Shown here: in pieces, positions 14,837 through 27,561 of the stretch
How the letters are laid out: every line of letters begins with the position of its first letter
Position numbering within the stretch: position 1 is the stretch's first letter
Assembly (NCBI RefSeq): GCF_009914755.1
Contig: NC_060947.1
Source: the human T2T-CHM13v2.0 reference genome, Homo sapiens
Reading direction: 5' to 3' (one strand)
DNA length: 64,000 nt
Position numbers and translations under genes: made by a program
The notes under the pieces: model-generated
What the model saw: only the letters and a program-made list of their open reading frames with translations
What the model was told of the DNA's origin: nothing
Databases searched by the model: none

Positions 14837-15355
14837 TGAGTGAGATTGAAATGCTAATTTAAAAATTACCAACAAAAAGAGTCCAGGACCAGATGGATCC
14901 ACAGCAGAATTCTACCAGACATTTAAAGAATTGGTACCAATCCTACTGATACTATTCCACAAGATAGAGAAAGAGGGAACCCTCCCTAAATCCTTCTATG
15001 AATCCAGTATAACCCTAATACCAAAGTCAGGAAAGGACATAACCAAAGAAGAAAACTACAGACCAATGATCCTCATGAACATAGATGCTAAAATCCTCAA
15101 CAAAATACTAGCTAACCAAATCCAACAACATATCAAAAAGATAAACCACCATGATCAAGTAGGTTTCACACCAAGGCTGCAGGGATGGCTTAACATATGC
15201 AAGTCAATAAATGTGATACACCACATAAACAGAATTAAAAACAAAAATTACATGATCATCTCAATAGATGCAGAAAAGCATTTGACAAAATCCAGTATCT
15301 CTTTATGATTAAAACTCTCAGCAAAATTGGCATACAAGGACATATCTCAATATAA
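14837..15355 (+). mobile_element. Inverted 5' segment of the same L1PB (start of the ORF2 reverse-transcriptase region)
   Basis: ORF 14931-15308 reads [56 protein letters not shown]...DQVGF...IISIDAEK. Whole insertion flanked by TSD tgtcaatacttta (12678-12690) / tctcaacacttta (15356-15368). Confidence 0.9.
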
Positions 15356-16875
15356 TCTCAACACTTTAAATATTTTATTCCACTCTCTCTTGCTTCCCTG
15401 GTTTCAGAAAAGTTGGATGTAGTTCTTACCTGTGATCCTTTATCAGTAAGGTTGTTTTTCTTCTGGCTTCCCTCAAGATTTTTTCTTTATCTTTGATTTT
15501 ATGAAGTTTGAATGATATGCCTAGGTATAGTTATTTTGGCATTTATCTTTTCTGGTATCCTCTGAGCTTCCTGGATCTTTGTTTTGGTGTCTGACACTAA
15601 TTTCTGGGAAATTCTCAGTCATTCTTGCTTCAAATATTGTTCAAGTTTCTTTCTCTCTTTTCCTCGCATTCCCTTATATATATGTCACACATTTGGTAGT
15701 TGTCTCACAGCTCTTGTATATTCTGTTATTTTTTTCAGTCTTTTTTATCTTTGCTTTTCAATTTTGGAGGTTTCTATTGTCATAGCCTCAAACTCAGAGA
15801 TTCTTTCATTAATAATGTCCGTCTACTTATGAGCTGATCACAGGCGTTCTTCATGTCTGTTATAGTACTTTTTAGCTTTAGCATTTCTTTTTCATTCTTT
15901 AATTTTCATCTCTCTGCTTACACTGCCCTCTGTTCTTGCATGTTCTCTACTTTTTCTACTAAAGCCCTTAGCATATGAATCATAGTTTGTTTATTTTTTT
16001 TAATTCTTGGTCTGATAGTCCAACATTCCTTCCATATCTGAATCTGGTTCTGATACTTGCTAAGCCTCTTCAAATGTGTTTTTGTTTTTGTTTTGTTTTG
16101 TTGTTGTTGTTTTTCTGCCTTTTAGTATGCCTTGTAATTTTTTGTTGAAAGGTATACATGATGAACTGGGTGAAAGGAACTACAGTAAATAGGCCTTCGG
16201 TTAGGTCTCGGTTTTTTCATGAGCCTATGCTCCTGGATGGTGAATTTCATCAGTGCTTCTCAGATTTTTACCCCCTTAGTGGGGACAAGATGGCTAGAGG
16301 GAGCCAAAGCTGGGTATTTCCTTTCCCCAAAACAGTCAAGCTCTGATGAAACCCCAAAAGGTTAAGCTCTGGCAAAATAGTTTGGCTTGAGGGAAAACCT
16401 TGTTAGGAAGCACAGAGTCCTCTGGTGTATTTCAAAATGATTCCTTTTCTCCTTTCCCTGCCAGAGGCAAAAGGGGATTTTTCTCCAAAATTCACCGTGA
16501 GGGCCTGATAGAATTTCTGGAGGTAAAACCTAAAAAAGTGTGGGGAACTCCTATGAGTAAGTCTCCTGGAGTTTTTAACTCTCAGACTTACCCACACTGA
16601 GTCTCCAGAAATTTGCCAATTATCAGTTCAGGTTTTCCTACCCTGTTATTGGTTCCCATAAAGGTTTCTGCTCATGGGCTTCTATAGGTTGTGATTCTCT
16701 ATACCCACCTGTCTGTCTCTCCAGTTATTGGGGCAGTGGTTTTCCTTGTGACCTCACTTCTCTAATAGATCTAATAAGAGTTGTTGACTTCTCAGTTTCT
16801 TCAGGTTTTTACTTGTTAAGCTATAACAGCAATGGCAACTTCTAAGCTCCTTACTTGTCAGACCAGAAACCAGAA
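15356..16875 (-). mobile_element. Old L1M element, right part, continuing the host sequence interrupted at 12690
   Basis: T-rich reverse L1 sequence (tttctgggaaattctcagtcatt, atctgaatctggttctgat). It reads on from the TSD. Confidence 0.6.
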
Positions 16876-17059
16876 GTACCTACTGCAGTATTTATATTAA
16901 GAAAGAAAACAATGTTTTTAAAATGTGTATAAAATTACCTCTTCCTTTTCTTATCTACTCTGTCCTTTCAAAAGATTCTATATAATTTTCCTGAGCCCTT
17001 AAGAAGAGATTATGGCAGTGTAACCCTGGGTAAATCACTTAGTCTCTCTTGGTTTTCCT

Positions 17060-18100
17060 TCTACCTCAATGACTTCTACTTTTCAATTTCCTTTGCAGAC
17101 TTCTCTTCATCTCCCCCAGTGTCTCAAAGTTCATGTGCTTTAGAACTTAGCACTAAACCCGCTCCTCTGTTCACCCTAACCTTTTTCACTAAGTGAGCTC
17201 ATCCATTTCTCTGGTTTTGAATGCCATTTCTACACTGCTGACTTCCAAATATGTATCTCTGGCCCAGATCTTTCATCTGGGCTGCAGAGTCTCCTATGCA
17301 ATTACTCACTTGACCGTTCCACTTGAATATCTCACAACTATCTCAAACTTAAAATATCTAAACAGAACTCTTGGATCAACACTCCCACTTCTGTCAAAGC
17401 CTATTCCTTGCCCAGAACTTCCCATCTCAGTTAAAAGAAAGTGGATGGTAAGGAGGAGGAAGAGGAGGAGACTACCATCTACCTAGTTTCTCAAGCCAAA
17501 AGCCCTGAAAATGTCTTTGCTTCTTCCCTTTTCTTCCTGCCCCACCTCTGAGCCATTAGACATGTCAGTTCTACCTATAAAATATTTCTCTCCACTTCTC
17601 TCCACATACATTTTTCTATCTCCCTATTCCAAGCCCCCACCATCTGTTGCCTGAACCATTGCCACAATCTCCTAATTGGTCTCCAAATTCTACTCTTGCT
17701 AACTTTCTAATTCATTTTCAATATAGCAGCAAGAATAATCCTAAGATATAGGTCATGACCCTTAGCTATTTAAAGCCCTTCAGTGGTTTCCCACTGCACT
17801 TTGAAGAAATCTTAAGTCTATGCCACACTTTACAAGGTCCTAATTGTTCTAGTCTCTGCCTTGCTCCCAAATCTCATTTCATGTAGCTCTCCCATTACTT
17901 GTTACATTTAGTCACACTGGTCCTCTTTCAGGTCCTCAAAGATGCCAACCTCTTTCAATCTCAATTATTTTGCATAGGCTCTTCCCTCTGCCTGAAATGT
18001 CCTATCTCTCAAGCTTCATTTGACTGAATCCATCTCATCCTTCCTGTCTCAGTTAATACATCATTTCATCAAAAGAGCCTTTCCTGAGTGCCCTATCAAA
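17060..18100 (+). mobile_element. L2 LINE, ORF2 3' region
   Basis: Decayed YADD region (ctacactgctgacttccaaatatgtatctctggcccaga), ctcctaattggtctcc and aaagcccttcagtggtttcccactgcac. Confidence 0.7.
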
Positions 18101-18189
18101 GGCAGAAAATATTGACTTCTCCTATAGCAGGTACCCTTCATCCACCTTACTATTTTCTAGGACAATGATAATATTGTTCAAGGATATGG

Positions 18190-18690
18190 CTGTCATGTGG
18201 CCAGGGGGGGTTGGCCCCTTCCCAGTTCTAGCTGGTAAATCGCAATTTGTCTCCAGCAATCATGATCGTATCATGCACTTTTGTCAATGACTAGTTTAGG
18301 GATAGGCATGTGACGCAGATCTGACAAATTTGACACAAAGTGAAGTCCACTTGGGACCTTTTTGGAAAGGCCTTTCTTGATGAGAAAAAAAAGAAAGAGA
18401 CACAGAAAATTAAACACCAATTTCCCTTGACTAGCTGTTATGTGTCTACATGTGATGCTTACAATTTTGGAAGACATTTTACAACCATGAATAAAGCATT
18501 ACTCATACACTAAGGATGGTAGAATAGAAAGATGAAATGTGCCTGGGTCCCTCATAAAACTTATATTGTATATCTGAATTAACCCTGGGTTCCTTACCTC
18601 CAGACTTCTCATTCAGTGTGTAATAAATCCCTTATAATTTGACCTAATTTTGGTTTGGCTTTCTGTTACTGGCACTCAAAAGTTGGTCCT
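18190..18690 (+). mobile_element. MLT1-like MaLR LTR inserted in L2
   Basis: acactaaggatggtagaatagaaagatg...ctccagacttctc...aataaatccctta...tttctgttactggc. Confidence 0.6.
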
Positions 18691-18789
18691 CACTTTCTTT
18701 TCTCTATGGAAACATCCTATTGGTTTTCTTTTAAACAAATCAAAATGGGTTGTTACTATATTTGTTAGTTGTTTGGTTTTTTGTCTATT

Positions 18790-18890
18790 TAACTTTCATG
18801 AGAGCAGGGTCTGTGTCTATCTTGTTCACCAGTATCTAGAACAGTATCTGGCACGTAGTAGGCACTCAAGAAATATTTGTTAATGAATGA
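18790..18890 (+). mobile_element. L2 3' end
   Basis: agcagggtctgtgtctatcttgttcacc...ggcacgtagtaggcactcaagaaatatttgttaatgaatga. Confidence 0.75.
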
Positions 18891-20109
18891 CCAAATGTCA
18901 CATCCACAGGGAGAATCAACTAGTTGGTTTAGATGGTGACTAGTAGGATATCAAATATATACAAACACTAATAAATAAATTATGTGTCCTTTAAAGCTGA
19001 TTTCCCAAAGAATCCTGATCCTGATTTTTACATTTTAGTTTCAAAGGGATGTAGATGGGGAAGATATTAAAACAGAGGGCTGAGAATTTTAGTTCTAAGA
19101 GTGCTTGCCCATTCACCAGGCAATCTATGTTTCATCATCCCAAAAAGACAAAGGGCAATTCTACTCTCGAAGGAAGACAATCATTTCTAGATCTCTACCA
19201 CTCTAAAGTGAGTTCATGTTCCTGCCTGAAGCAGATCAGACACAAACCTGGATTATTTACTTTTTTACTTTTTTTATCAACTTTAACTGTTATAAAAAGC
19301 ATTCTATTGGCTTTTCATAAATTCAAGTAAATCTAAAATTATGCCACAATCCCATAGAGCATGTCATCTAGATGGCAGCAGAAATCATGTTGAGGGTATT
19401 ATAGCTTATCCAACTTTGAAAGCCCTGACCAAGACAGGACCTATGTGGTATAAGTCAGGTCATACTGTGAGGTTGTGTCTTCCAACCAGAAAAACACCCT
19501 GTTGCCATGGTGCCTGAATTCCCACCTTTATCACTGTTTCACTGGATTAACACAGTTATGTCTTCAGAAGTCCCTTATTTAAATGTGAATATACTTCCTA
19601 GAGAAGCTAATACGTTAAATTTTTAGCATTCATTTTTCAACAGAAGGCAAAGTCTCGAAGGAATCAAATATTATAAAGAACAGCTAAGCTTTAATGGATA
19701 CGAGCAAAGAAAGAAAATTCTGGACATGGGAGGGAACATGGGCACTGGGAAGCTAGAGAAAGAAAGACGGTAAACAAGATGAGGAAGATACCAAAATGGA
19801 AATTTAGTGAGGATTCAGAAATCACCAATTTACCCCTGGGTCCCATATGGCCTTGTTGCTACCTAATTACTCACTTCTGACAAAAACTAGGGTATAAAAC
19901 ATCATTTAGTGTCATATCTGTCTCTTCGTCTGTGAAATGGAGACTAGAGAAAAACAGAATAAGAGTAGGTGATCCTAGCTATATAAATAGAAAGACAGAT
20001 AAGGAAAATGACTAATGGAGCAAACAGATTAGAAAAGTACACGTTTCAGAGGTCTTTTCTCAGTAGGGCTCGTCTTGGAAACTAACCTAGGTTAGGGTAT
20101 AATTGACTG

Positions 20110-20227
20110 AGGTGACTAAACTTCCTAGATGATACATTCTGCCTCATGTCCTGGCTTAATTATTAACAGTGCCTCCTTTCACTCTCAAAGTGTCCCAGAT
20201 TGGATCATAAATGATATGGTCACCCTT
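20110..20227 (+). mobile_element. hAT-Blackjack MITE (MER94-like)
   Basis: taattattaacagtgcctcctttcactctcaaagtgtcccagattgga...atatggtcaccct matches the recalled MER94 3' half and terminal inverted repeat (TIR). Confidence 0.6.
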
Positions 20228-21974
20228 ATGAATGACTGGTGATCTTTCATAAGGGTGGCCATATAAAAGATCAGAGGTGTGCTCAGTTAGTAATTCCCTT
20301 CAGTACTCAAGATCTGGAGTGGCCAGATTCCAAACTTATTAACTCCAGTTATGAGGAGCTGCCTGTGTGCCATGATGTAGAAATAATGGGAAGTATGCAT
20401 CACATGTAGGCAGCATCACCATTTTAACAGAGTGCTTCCCAAAGGAGTGGGTGAAAATAGGAATTTCAGAAAGCACAATGAGGCTACTAGTGAAGATACA
20501 AAAAAGGTGAAATGGAAGCATTAGAAGCCCCTCAAAGGAAGCACTCACTCACTGCTCCTACACATAGGGCTAGCCCTGATCTGTGTATTCAAGCAGCTGT
20601 CAAGTCCTCCATTCCTACCCAAAAAGAGAAAATAGTGTTTGCTTTAGACAGTATCACTCAGTCACAGGCTGGGCTGACATTCATAGATGAGTCTCGCCAT
20701 TTATTTAGCCTTCACCTTGTTAGAAACAGATCAGGCCTCATACAATGTTTAGTCCAGAACAGAAACTACAACAACCAAAAACAATTAATAGCCCATGCAC
20801 AGAGAAAATACAATATGAACAAAACTGCTGTACTAATGTGTTAAAAAATAAAAAAGATTCATTTGATTATAAACATTGGACTCTAGTTCTTATCTTACAG
20901 CACCAGAGAGGAAATTGTTCTCAAATTGATAACCTGTGTTTTTCCTTCCGAAAGTTCATGTTCCCATTCAAATTGCACTAAATCTTTAGAGACTTTGCCT
21001 TCTGAGCCTCAAACCTATTTCCACACCTAATTCTCATATCTTGGTAAATACTTGTAATGTATCTAGGAAATCAAAGACATAACTTCTTTTTCAATATATG
21101 CAAAGACATCCATCTCCTGTGGTTGAGGGGATGAGTTAAATGGTACAAAGAAATCAGAGGAAAGTGGATGGGGGCTTTGGTGCAGCTCCTTGCCCCTCTG
21201 GTACTGTTTTTATTTCCCTGTAACAACACCAATGTGTAAGGGAAATAAACTAAGAATCTGGCCTCTTGGCTGCTCCCAGAACAAGCCTGTGTTATTTTAA
21301 TGTACACTGAGGAGCAGATGGGAAAAGAAAAATACAAAAGAGCATCAAAGCCCTCCCACCAACGCTTGCCTCTAAAGTCTTAAGCAAGAGCCCCAGCCTC
21401 TGCTATTCTATCTTCCGCTGTGTGCATAGCGAGCAGGTAATCAGCAAAGCTAATCAAAAATGCATTCATTACCACAGAGCGGCAGTGGGTGAAAGCGACT
21501 GCAGCTTTCTTCCGGCAAGTGGTTTCTGGACTGGCACAATCCAATCTCCTTGGCTCTTTGGCAAGCCTTTTGCCTCCCCCTGCCCTCCCCCTCCCCCACC
21601 CATCCTAGCGGTCTCTGCCATGCCCAACTCTGCTTCTCCATTAAGGGCAATCTAATTCTTACAGTTGACAATTTTTCCTCCTCAATCACTACGACGTTGC
21701 TCTATGAAAGCTGTTTTCTGCCTAATAAGTCTTCTGGGTATTTTTATACACCTTTAAAGGTGTTTCTTCACTTGAAAAATATATTTTTCCTTTGTTTTCA
21801 AAATAAGAAGCCATTTCTTGTCAGGGCTAAACAAACTCAAATGCTGACAGCTTCTGCAAATGCAAATGCCTTTCCTGCTTCCTCCAACTTAGCAAAATGG
21901 ACTCTCTCAGAGCCCCCAGAACCAAAAGAAGCTCAGAGAAACCTGTGCTAAAATATGCTTATGGGCCTGGAGCT

Positions 21975-22200
21975 AGTAACAATAAGAGCTAATATTACTG
22001 AGCATTTGTTACATGCCAGGCATAATTCGATGTACTTTAATTATCTCATTCAATCCTCACAGCATCCTTATGAAGGATCTGTTACTTATTATCATCCCCA
22101 TTGTACAGATGAAAATGGTGAGACCCAAGGAGGTCGAATCAGTCTAACACTAGTTGTGAATGGGGTATTTTGAACTCAGGCTGAGTGGCCCTTCCTTTAA
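21975..22200 (-). mobile_element. MIR SINE
   Basis: tctcattcaatcctcacagc...catccccattgtacagatgaaaatggtgagaccc. Confidence 0.75.
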
Positions 22201-22554
22201 ACCACCTACCATGGTTCTGATGGAAAAAGACAAGTATACCACTATACACACTGCCTTGTCCTCTCTCAGACAGTAAAGTTAACCCTTCCAGGGCATGAGA
22301 TTGCCATTCAGTAAGTAACTATTTTCTCGGAGAAGTGAACAGTACTCCCTCCATCCCTTGAAAAAGTAAATTATCTTTAGCTAAGCTAGAGAGAGAAACT
22401 TTTAAAAACAAAACAAAATTTTCTTTCAAGTGTTTGTTTTTCCCAATCAGTCTACAATGGTAGTTGAGTGGCCACTGAGCTTGTATGGCATAGAGGCAGC
22501 TATCCATTCTCTGCCTTTTGGGAGCACACATACTAGTTGGGATTTCAGAACAGA

Positions 22555-22586
<32 letters not shown>

Positions 22587-22596
22587 ACACACACAT

Positions 22597-22631
<35 letters not shown>

Positions 22632-22632
22632 T
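22555..22632. repeat. Compound microsatellite (CA)n(GA)n
   Basis: Read directly; CA tract with two TA interruptions followed by a GA tract. Confidence 0.97.
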
Positions 22633-22654
22633 AATGACGTGGAGGCAGGGTGAC

Positions 22655-22870
22655 AGAGAGGCTTCCTGGACTTGATTTCACATCTACCACTTAGAGCTAT
22701 GTAACCTTGGGCAAGCCATTCAATCTCTCCGCGTGACTCATTTCCTCAGCTGTAAAATTGAAGTAATAATAGTACTTACCTCATAGGGGGCTATTAGGAT
22801 TAGATAATCTAATATATAAAAGTACTTAGCACATGCCTGGCACATAGAAAGTACTTGATAAATAATAACT
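22655..22870 (+). mobile_element. MIR SINE
   Basis: gctatgtaaccttgggcaagccattcaatctctc...ctgtaaaattgaagtaataatagtacttacctcatagg. Confidence 0.78.
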
Positions 22871-23061
22871 CACACTACAATTTCTTCCCCCTGGCATGAA
22901 ATTTATAGCTTATGTTGTACATCCAAGGTTTCAGTGAAGACGTGATCGGTGGTAATTTGGAGCAAAGATGGCAATACCTATGTATGTTTTATTAACACTT
23001 CAACTTTGTCCCAAATAAAACTGGGAAATTTCTGATCCTACATCAGAAGTATACTATGAAG

Positions 23062-23261
23062 GAATAATAGACACTGGGGTCTACTAGAGAGGGGAGATAG
23101 GGAGGGGGACAAGAGATGAAAAAATACCTATTGGGTCGTATGCTCACTACTTGGGTGACAGGATCATTTCTACCCCAAACTTCAGCATCATGCAATATAG
23201 CCATGTAACAAACTGCACATGTACTCCCTGAATCCAAAATGAAAGCTGCAATTATAAAAAA
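23062..23261 (+). mobile_element. Short L1 3'-end insertion (L1PB/old L1PA-like)
   Basis: aatagacactggggtctactagag...tacttgggtgacaggatcatt...catgtaacaaactgcacatgtactccctgaatcc, then an A-rich end. Confidence 0.8.
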
Positions 23262-24936
23262 GGAAGTACCATGAAAAGATACTAGATTGGAATACTGGGG
23301 ATTTCAGAAAACTAGATATTTTCCATTTAAGCTCTGGTATCAGAGAAGGTTTGAAAAATAAACATCTCAAAACCACAACTTTTTATTCAAAAGCATCTAC
23401 TCTCTAAATTCTAGGGGACTATGTTTTATTTTTAGTACAACATGAAGGAAACTACAAAAATGACAAAATAGCCCACTTTTTAACTTCAAAAAATGATTTG
23501 CTTCAGGGTTTCTTTAAGTGGCAGGCCCCTGTCCTGGATTTAAAATAGGATTCAATTTATCTAAATTCATTTTCCACTTAAATTTTGAGAGGTATGCCCA
23601 TTGCATAAAGCAAGGTTTGCCCATATTATAAGGTATAGAAGCAAATTGCTGACTTCCATTTCCATTTTCTCAGCATTTGCAACCCAACCTCTTATCATGT
23701 TGTGGCCAGCTACAGACATAGTCAGCCAATTTCCACAATCTTGAGAAACAGAAAATGTTATACTAACTCAGACCTTCAATTCTTCTCAACTGTCATCTGT
23801 CCCTTAATAGTAACACAAGGACTGCTTTCCACCAAGTACCTTGTAGAATATACGAATCACTTTTATCAAACAAAATACTGAAAAGAAGAGGGAAAGGATG
23901 AGTAAGTTTTATAAGTGATGCGGCAATAAGAGAAAAGTTATTCTTTCCTTGTCCCTTTCCAGATCCACCCTCCACTATTCTCCACCACCTCTGCACCTCA
24001 AGAGGCACTATCCTAAGTATAACGTATGGTCACTGCTATCTAAGAGTTTGCCAAATCTAATCTCCCAGACAGAAGGGCATTTGGGTCTGTTCTTTTTCAG
24101 TTCATCCATGCAATCAGAAACTTTTTCTCCCTTGTATTCCTCCTAATGTATGTACCATTATGTTAAGCATCATTAGATCTTGCTTTTGACTTAATTCATG
24201 TATTCACTCATTTGAAAAAGAAATATTTAGCATCCATTAAATTCAGTGCATTGTTGTAGGTGCTAGGATTACAGCAGTAAACAGAACAGACCAAAAAAAA
24301 AAATCCCTCCCCTCATGGAGCTCGCAAAATCTTAAACAGATAAACAAAGTTAGCAAAATATCTAGTTAGAGTTAACATATAAAGTTACAGTGTATTCCAA
24401 TACCAAATTAGTTGGTTCCCTCAAGTTTCATCCTCTTTAGAAAGACAGTAAAAGGTTTATAATTTTTTAATGGGTTAGTTTGGAAATGTAAACATTCCAT
24501 TCATTCACATATTTTTTCACCACGCTGCTCCTGATTCCAAGAAGAATTTGAGGTCACTCAAAGTAAAGGACACATAAATGTATTGCTTTAATTTACTACC
24601 CAGAAATCTAACTAGAGCAAAAGTCAAGTAATGTGTTGGAGGAGAAGTGTAAGGTTCAATAGTCAAGATCTCTATGGCTTTCTACTTGGGTAATTTGTCT
24701 GCAATTATTGGAAACTTCCACAAGGTGGTGGTAATGATGCCTTAGTTTATAACCATATCAAGAGGGCAAGCTGGTATCACAGGTATAATTTACTTGAAAT
24801 AAAGACACAGCGTACTTCTCTAACCATAAAATTTTGTTTCTCAAAATCCTTTGGCAGTATTCATGATTAAAGAGCTTAGGGTGTTTTCTTGAAACTCCAT
24901 ACAAAAATTTAGATCTTTAGTGAGCCTACAAAAGCC

Positions 24937-24974
<38 letters not shown>

Positions 24975-25251
24975 TAAGACAGAGTCTCACAATGTTGCCC
25001 AGGCTGGAGTGCAATGCCGCGATCATGGTTCACTGCAGCCTCGACCTCTCCAGTCTCAGGTGATCCTCCCACCTCAGCCTCCTGAGTAGCTGGGACTACA
25101 GGCATGTGCCACCACACCCAGATAGCTTTTGTATTTTTTGTAGAGAAGGGGTTTCGCCATGTTGCCAAGGCTGGTCTCGAACTCCTGGGCTCAAGCAATC
25201 CACCCTCTTCAGCCTCCCAAAGTGCTAGGATGTGAGCCACTGCACCCGGCC
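24937..25251 (-). mobile_element. Alu (AluJ-like) whose tail has become a (TTGA)n tetranucleotide repeat
   Basis: Reverse Alu with J-type ctcctgggctcaagcaatcc. (TTGA)n at 24937-24974. Confidence 0.92.
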
Positions 25252-25650
25252 AGCCCTCATTTATTAATTCATTCAGCACGCTTTTATTGAGAAGCCTCTG
25301 GGTACTAAGCATTGTACAAAGCATTTAAAAATAAATTTTGTGTTCACAAAAAAATACAATAAGGGAAGCATCCTATAATAAAAGGAAAAATCAATGACAC
25401 TTTTCACATTCTAACTTGTTAATAATAGGAACTGCGCAATTTCTTTCCATTTAACATCTCTTGTGTAATAGATGCTTTTCAGCGTCTCTTTCCTTTAAGG
25501 TTCATAGGAAATGCTTCTAATTTTGGTTTGAATGGAATATGGGGATACTAATAGTACTTATCTCAAAGAGTTGTTGTAAGAGTTCAATGAAACAATACAT
25601 TTAAACCATTTAGTAGAATACCTAGCATGAAGTAAGAAATAAATGTTAGC

Positions 25651-25746
25651 CATCATCATCACTGTCATCATCATGATCATCATTGCCTTCATTATCGTTG
25701 TTATCTTCCTCCTCCTCATCATCATCATTGTTATCATCACCATCAA
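25651..25746. repeat. Degenerate (CAT)n trinucleotide repeat at a MIR end
   Basis: catcatcatcactgtcatcatcatgatcatcatt... Confidence 0.85.
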
Positions 25747-25890
25747 CAGGAAAAAGTACCAAGTTAATCTGTATGTACCAGAAATTTGAGTAAAGGAAAT
25801 TCAAAATTGGGAAAGAGTCACTGCTTTCCCGTTATTATCAAAATGTGATAATGTTCTAAGTTCTTAAACACTACATTAAGAGGGAGGAAA

Positions 25891-25975
25891 TGTTTGTTTT
25901 TGCTTTGTTTTGTTCTCTTCTGTTTTGTTTTGTTTTGTTTTGTTTTGTTTTGTTTTGTTTTGTTTTGTTTTGTTT
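25891..25975. repeat. (GTTTT)n pentanucleotide repeat
   Basis: Read directly; perfect units at 25921-25975. Confidence 0.95.
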
Positions 25976-26354
25976 CTAAAGGCATTGCCTCACAAAGAGT
26001 TTCCCAGTGTGGTGCCTTTGTATATGGAACAATCTTCCCCCAAGGGAGCTCAATTTGAGTTTAGATAGCAGGGCAGGTAGGATCTATAAGACCACTCTTT
26101 GGCTGATTTCCTGCCAAGATACAGTGATTGTCTCTTGTTCTGCAACATGTAACTTCTCTTGGGACTGGGGTAACCCACTGAGGGAGGCTGGGTGAAGCAG
26201 TGAGGAACTGTTTGTACCTCCCTAGAGGAAGCCGCCTCATTTCCTGTGGACCCTGCAGGGTCCTTAGTGAATGAGCTTCCTCCCTGGGGCCTGGAGTCAA
26301 GGGCCCAGGTAACTGAAGAGGGAGGTGCTCCAGACTGGCCCATTCTTCTCTATA

Positions 26355-26528
26355 GTAGGCACTGCCCTCAGTGTGACCTGTGCAGTCATACAGGGCTCCA
26401 TGCTAGAAGGGCTCATGCTTGGATTAATGCACTGCCATTTCTGTCTTGAAATTCTTAAAAATGTTTCAAGAAGGTGCCTAGCACTTTCATTTTTGCTCTA
26501 AGCCCTGCAAATTATGTAGCCAGTCCTG
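26355..26528 (+). mobile_element. hAT-Tip100 MITE (MER45A-like)
   Basis: gacctgtgcagtcatacagggctcc...gtcttgaaattcttaa...ccctgcaaattatgtagccagtcctg matches the recalled MER45A consensus. Confidence 0.7.
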
Positions 26529-27364
26529 TCTGCCCTGAAGAGTTTCCAAACACTGTATAGGCCTTGTTCTTACTTTCCCTCCTTCCTGCTGCTACTTAGA
26601 GTCCATTTCACTCTCTCACCCTTGAGTCCAACTAAGTGTTGGTAGCTCAGCAGAAACCAGCTTTCTGCCCAACCCTGAGCTCTGATGATCACTGTAGAGA
26701 TAGTTTCATAACTGCTGCTTCCTCTCGGTTAGTATTTTCTCTAAAATAAAAAAGAACATTAACAATAATACAAGGATAATATTACTTGAAGCACTGATAA
26801 CTAGTAACAGGAACTGTAGGTAACTTGCGGGGAATTAATGAAAAAAAAAAGGCAGCATAGGAAGTCAGACAGCCTTGGCTTTTGCATTGGATTTGGGGAA
26901 GTGACAGATATTCTGCCCTGCTGCAATTTCTTCGGTTGTAGAATGTCGAGAAAAGTAAAAGCAGTCGAAGTACTCTTAGAAAGTTCACATTTCCTGGTAA
27001 TTCTATGATTTGAGCTAATCAACTTTACCAGCCTGAATACCACAATATTAAGTGTATTGTAACAATGATCTTTCCCTCTCCCCTTATCCCCCTCCTCCCT
27101 CACTCCCCTCCTCCCTCATCCCTCTCCTTTTCTCTCTAATGCTTTATTTGGAGATATAAATAAGATGTATCCCCAATTCACAGATCAAATCACTGAGTCT
27201 CAGAGAGTGTAAATGATAGCCTGATGTCACATTCCTAGTAATTTTGGCAGAATTATGATTAGAATCCAAGTTTTCAGATTCCTAGTTCAATACTCACATT
27301 TCTGAAAAGGTGTGTATATACCTATTTGGTTTTTCTAAAACTCCTATTCTGAATACATAAGAGT

Positions 27365-27561
27365 TGGGTTCCTCAACAGTGGCACTATTGACATTTGGGG
27401 CTGCCTTGTGCATTATAAGGAGTTGAGCAGCATCTCTGGCCTCTACCCACTAAATTCCTGTAGCACCACCCTACACTGCCAGGAATGATGATCAAAAATG
27501 TCTCCCAAACATTGCCACTTGTCCTCCAGGGGGCAAAATCACATCTGACTGATAACCATTG
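27365..27561. mobile_element. hAT-Charlie MITE (MER20-like)
   Basis: ggcactattgacatttgggg...agcagcatctctggcctctacccacta...aaaaatgtctcc...gggggcaaaatc. Confidence 0.8.

Noticed and set aside
13426-15308. Reverse-transcriptase-like ORFs as an active or domesticated gene
   Set aside because: Frameshifted, truncated and partly inverted L1 ORF2 remnants.
22319-22690. ORFs with HTHT/ERER/VCVC runs (also 34491-35132 and 25558-25746)
   Set aside because: Translations of microsatellites.
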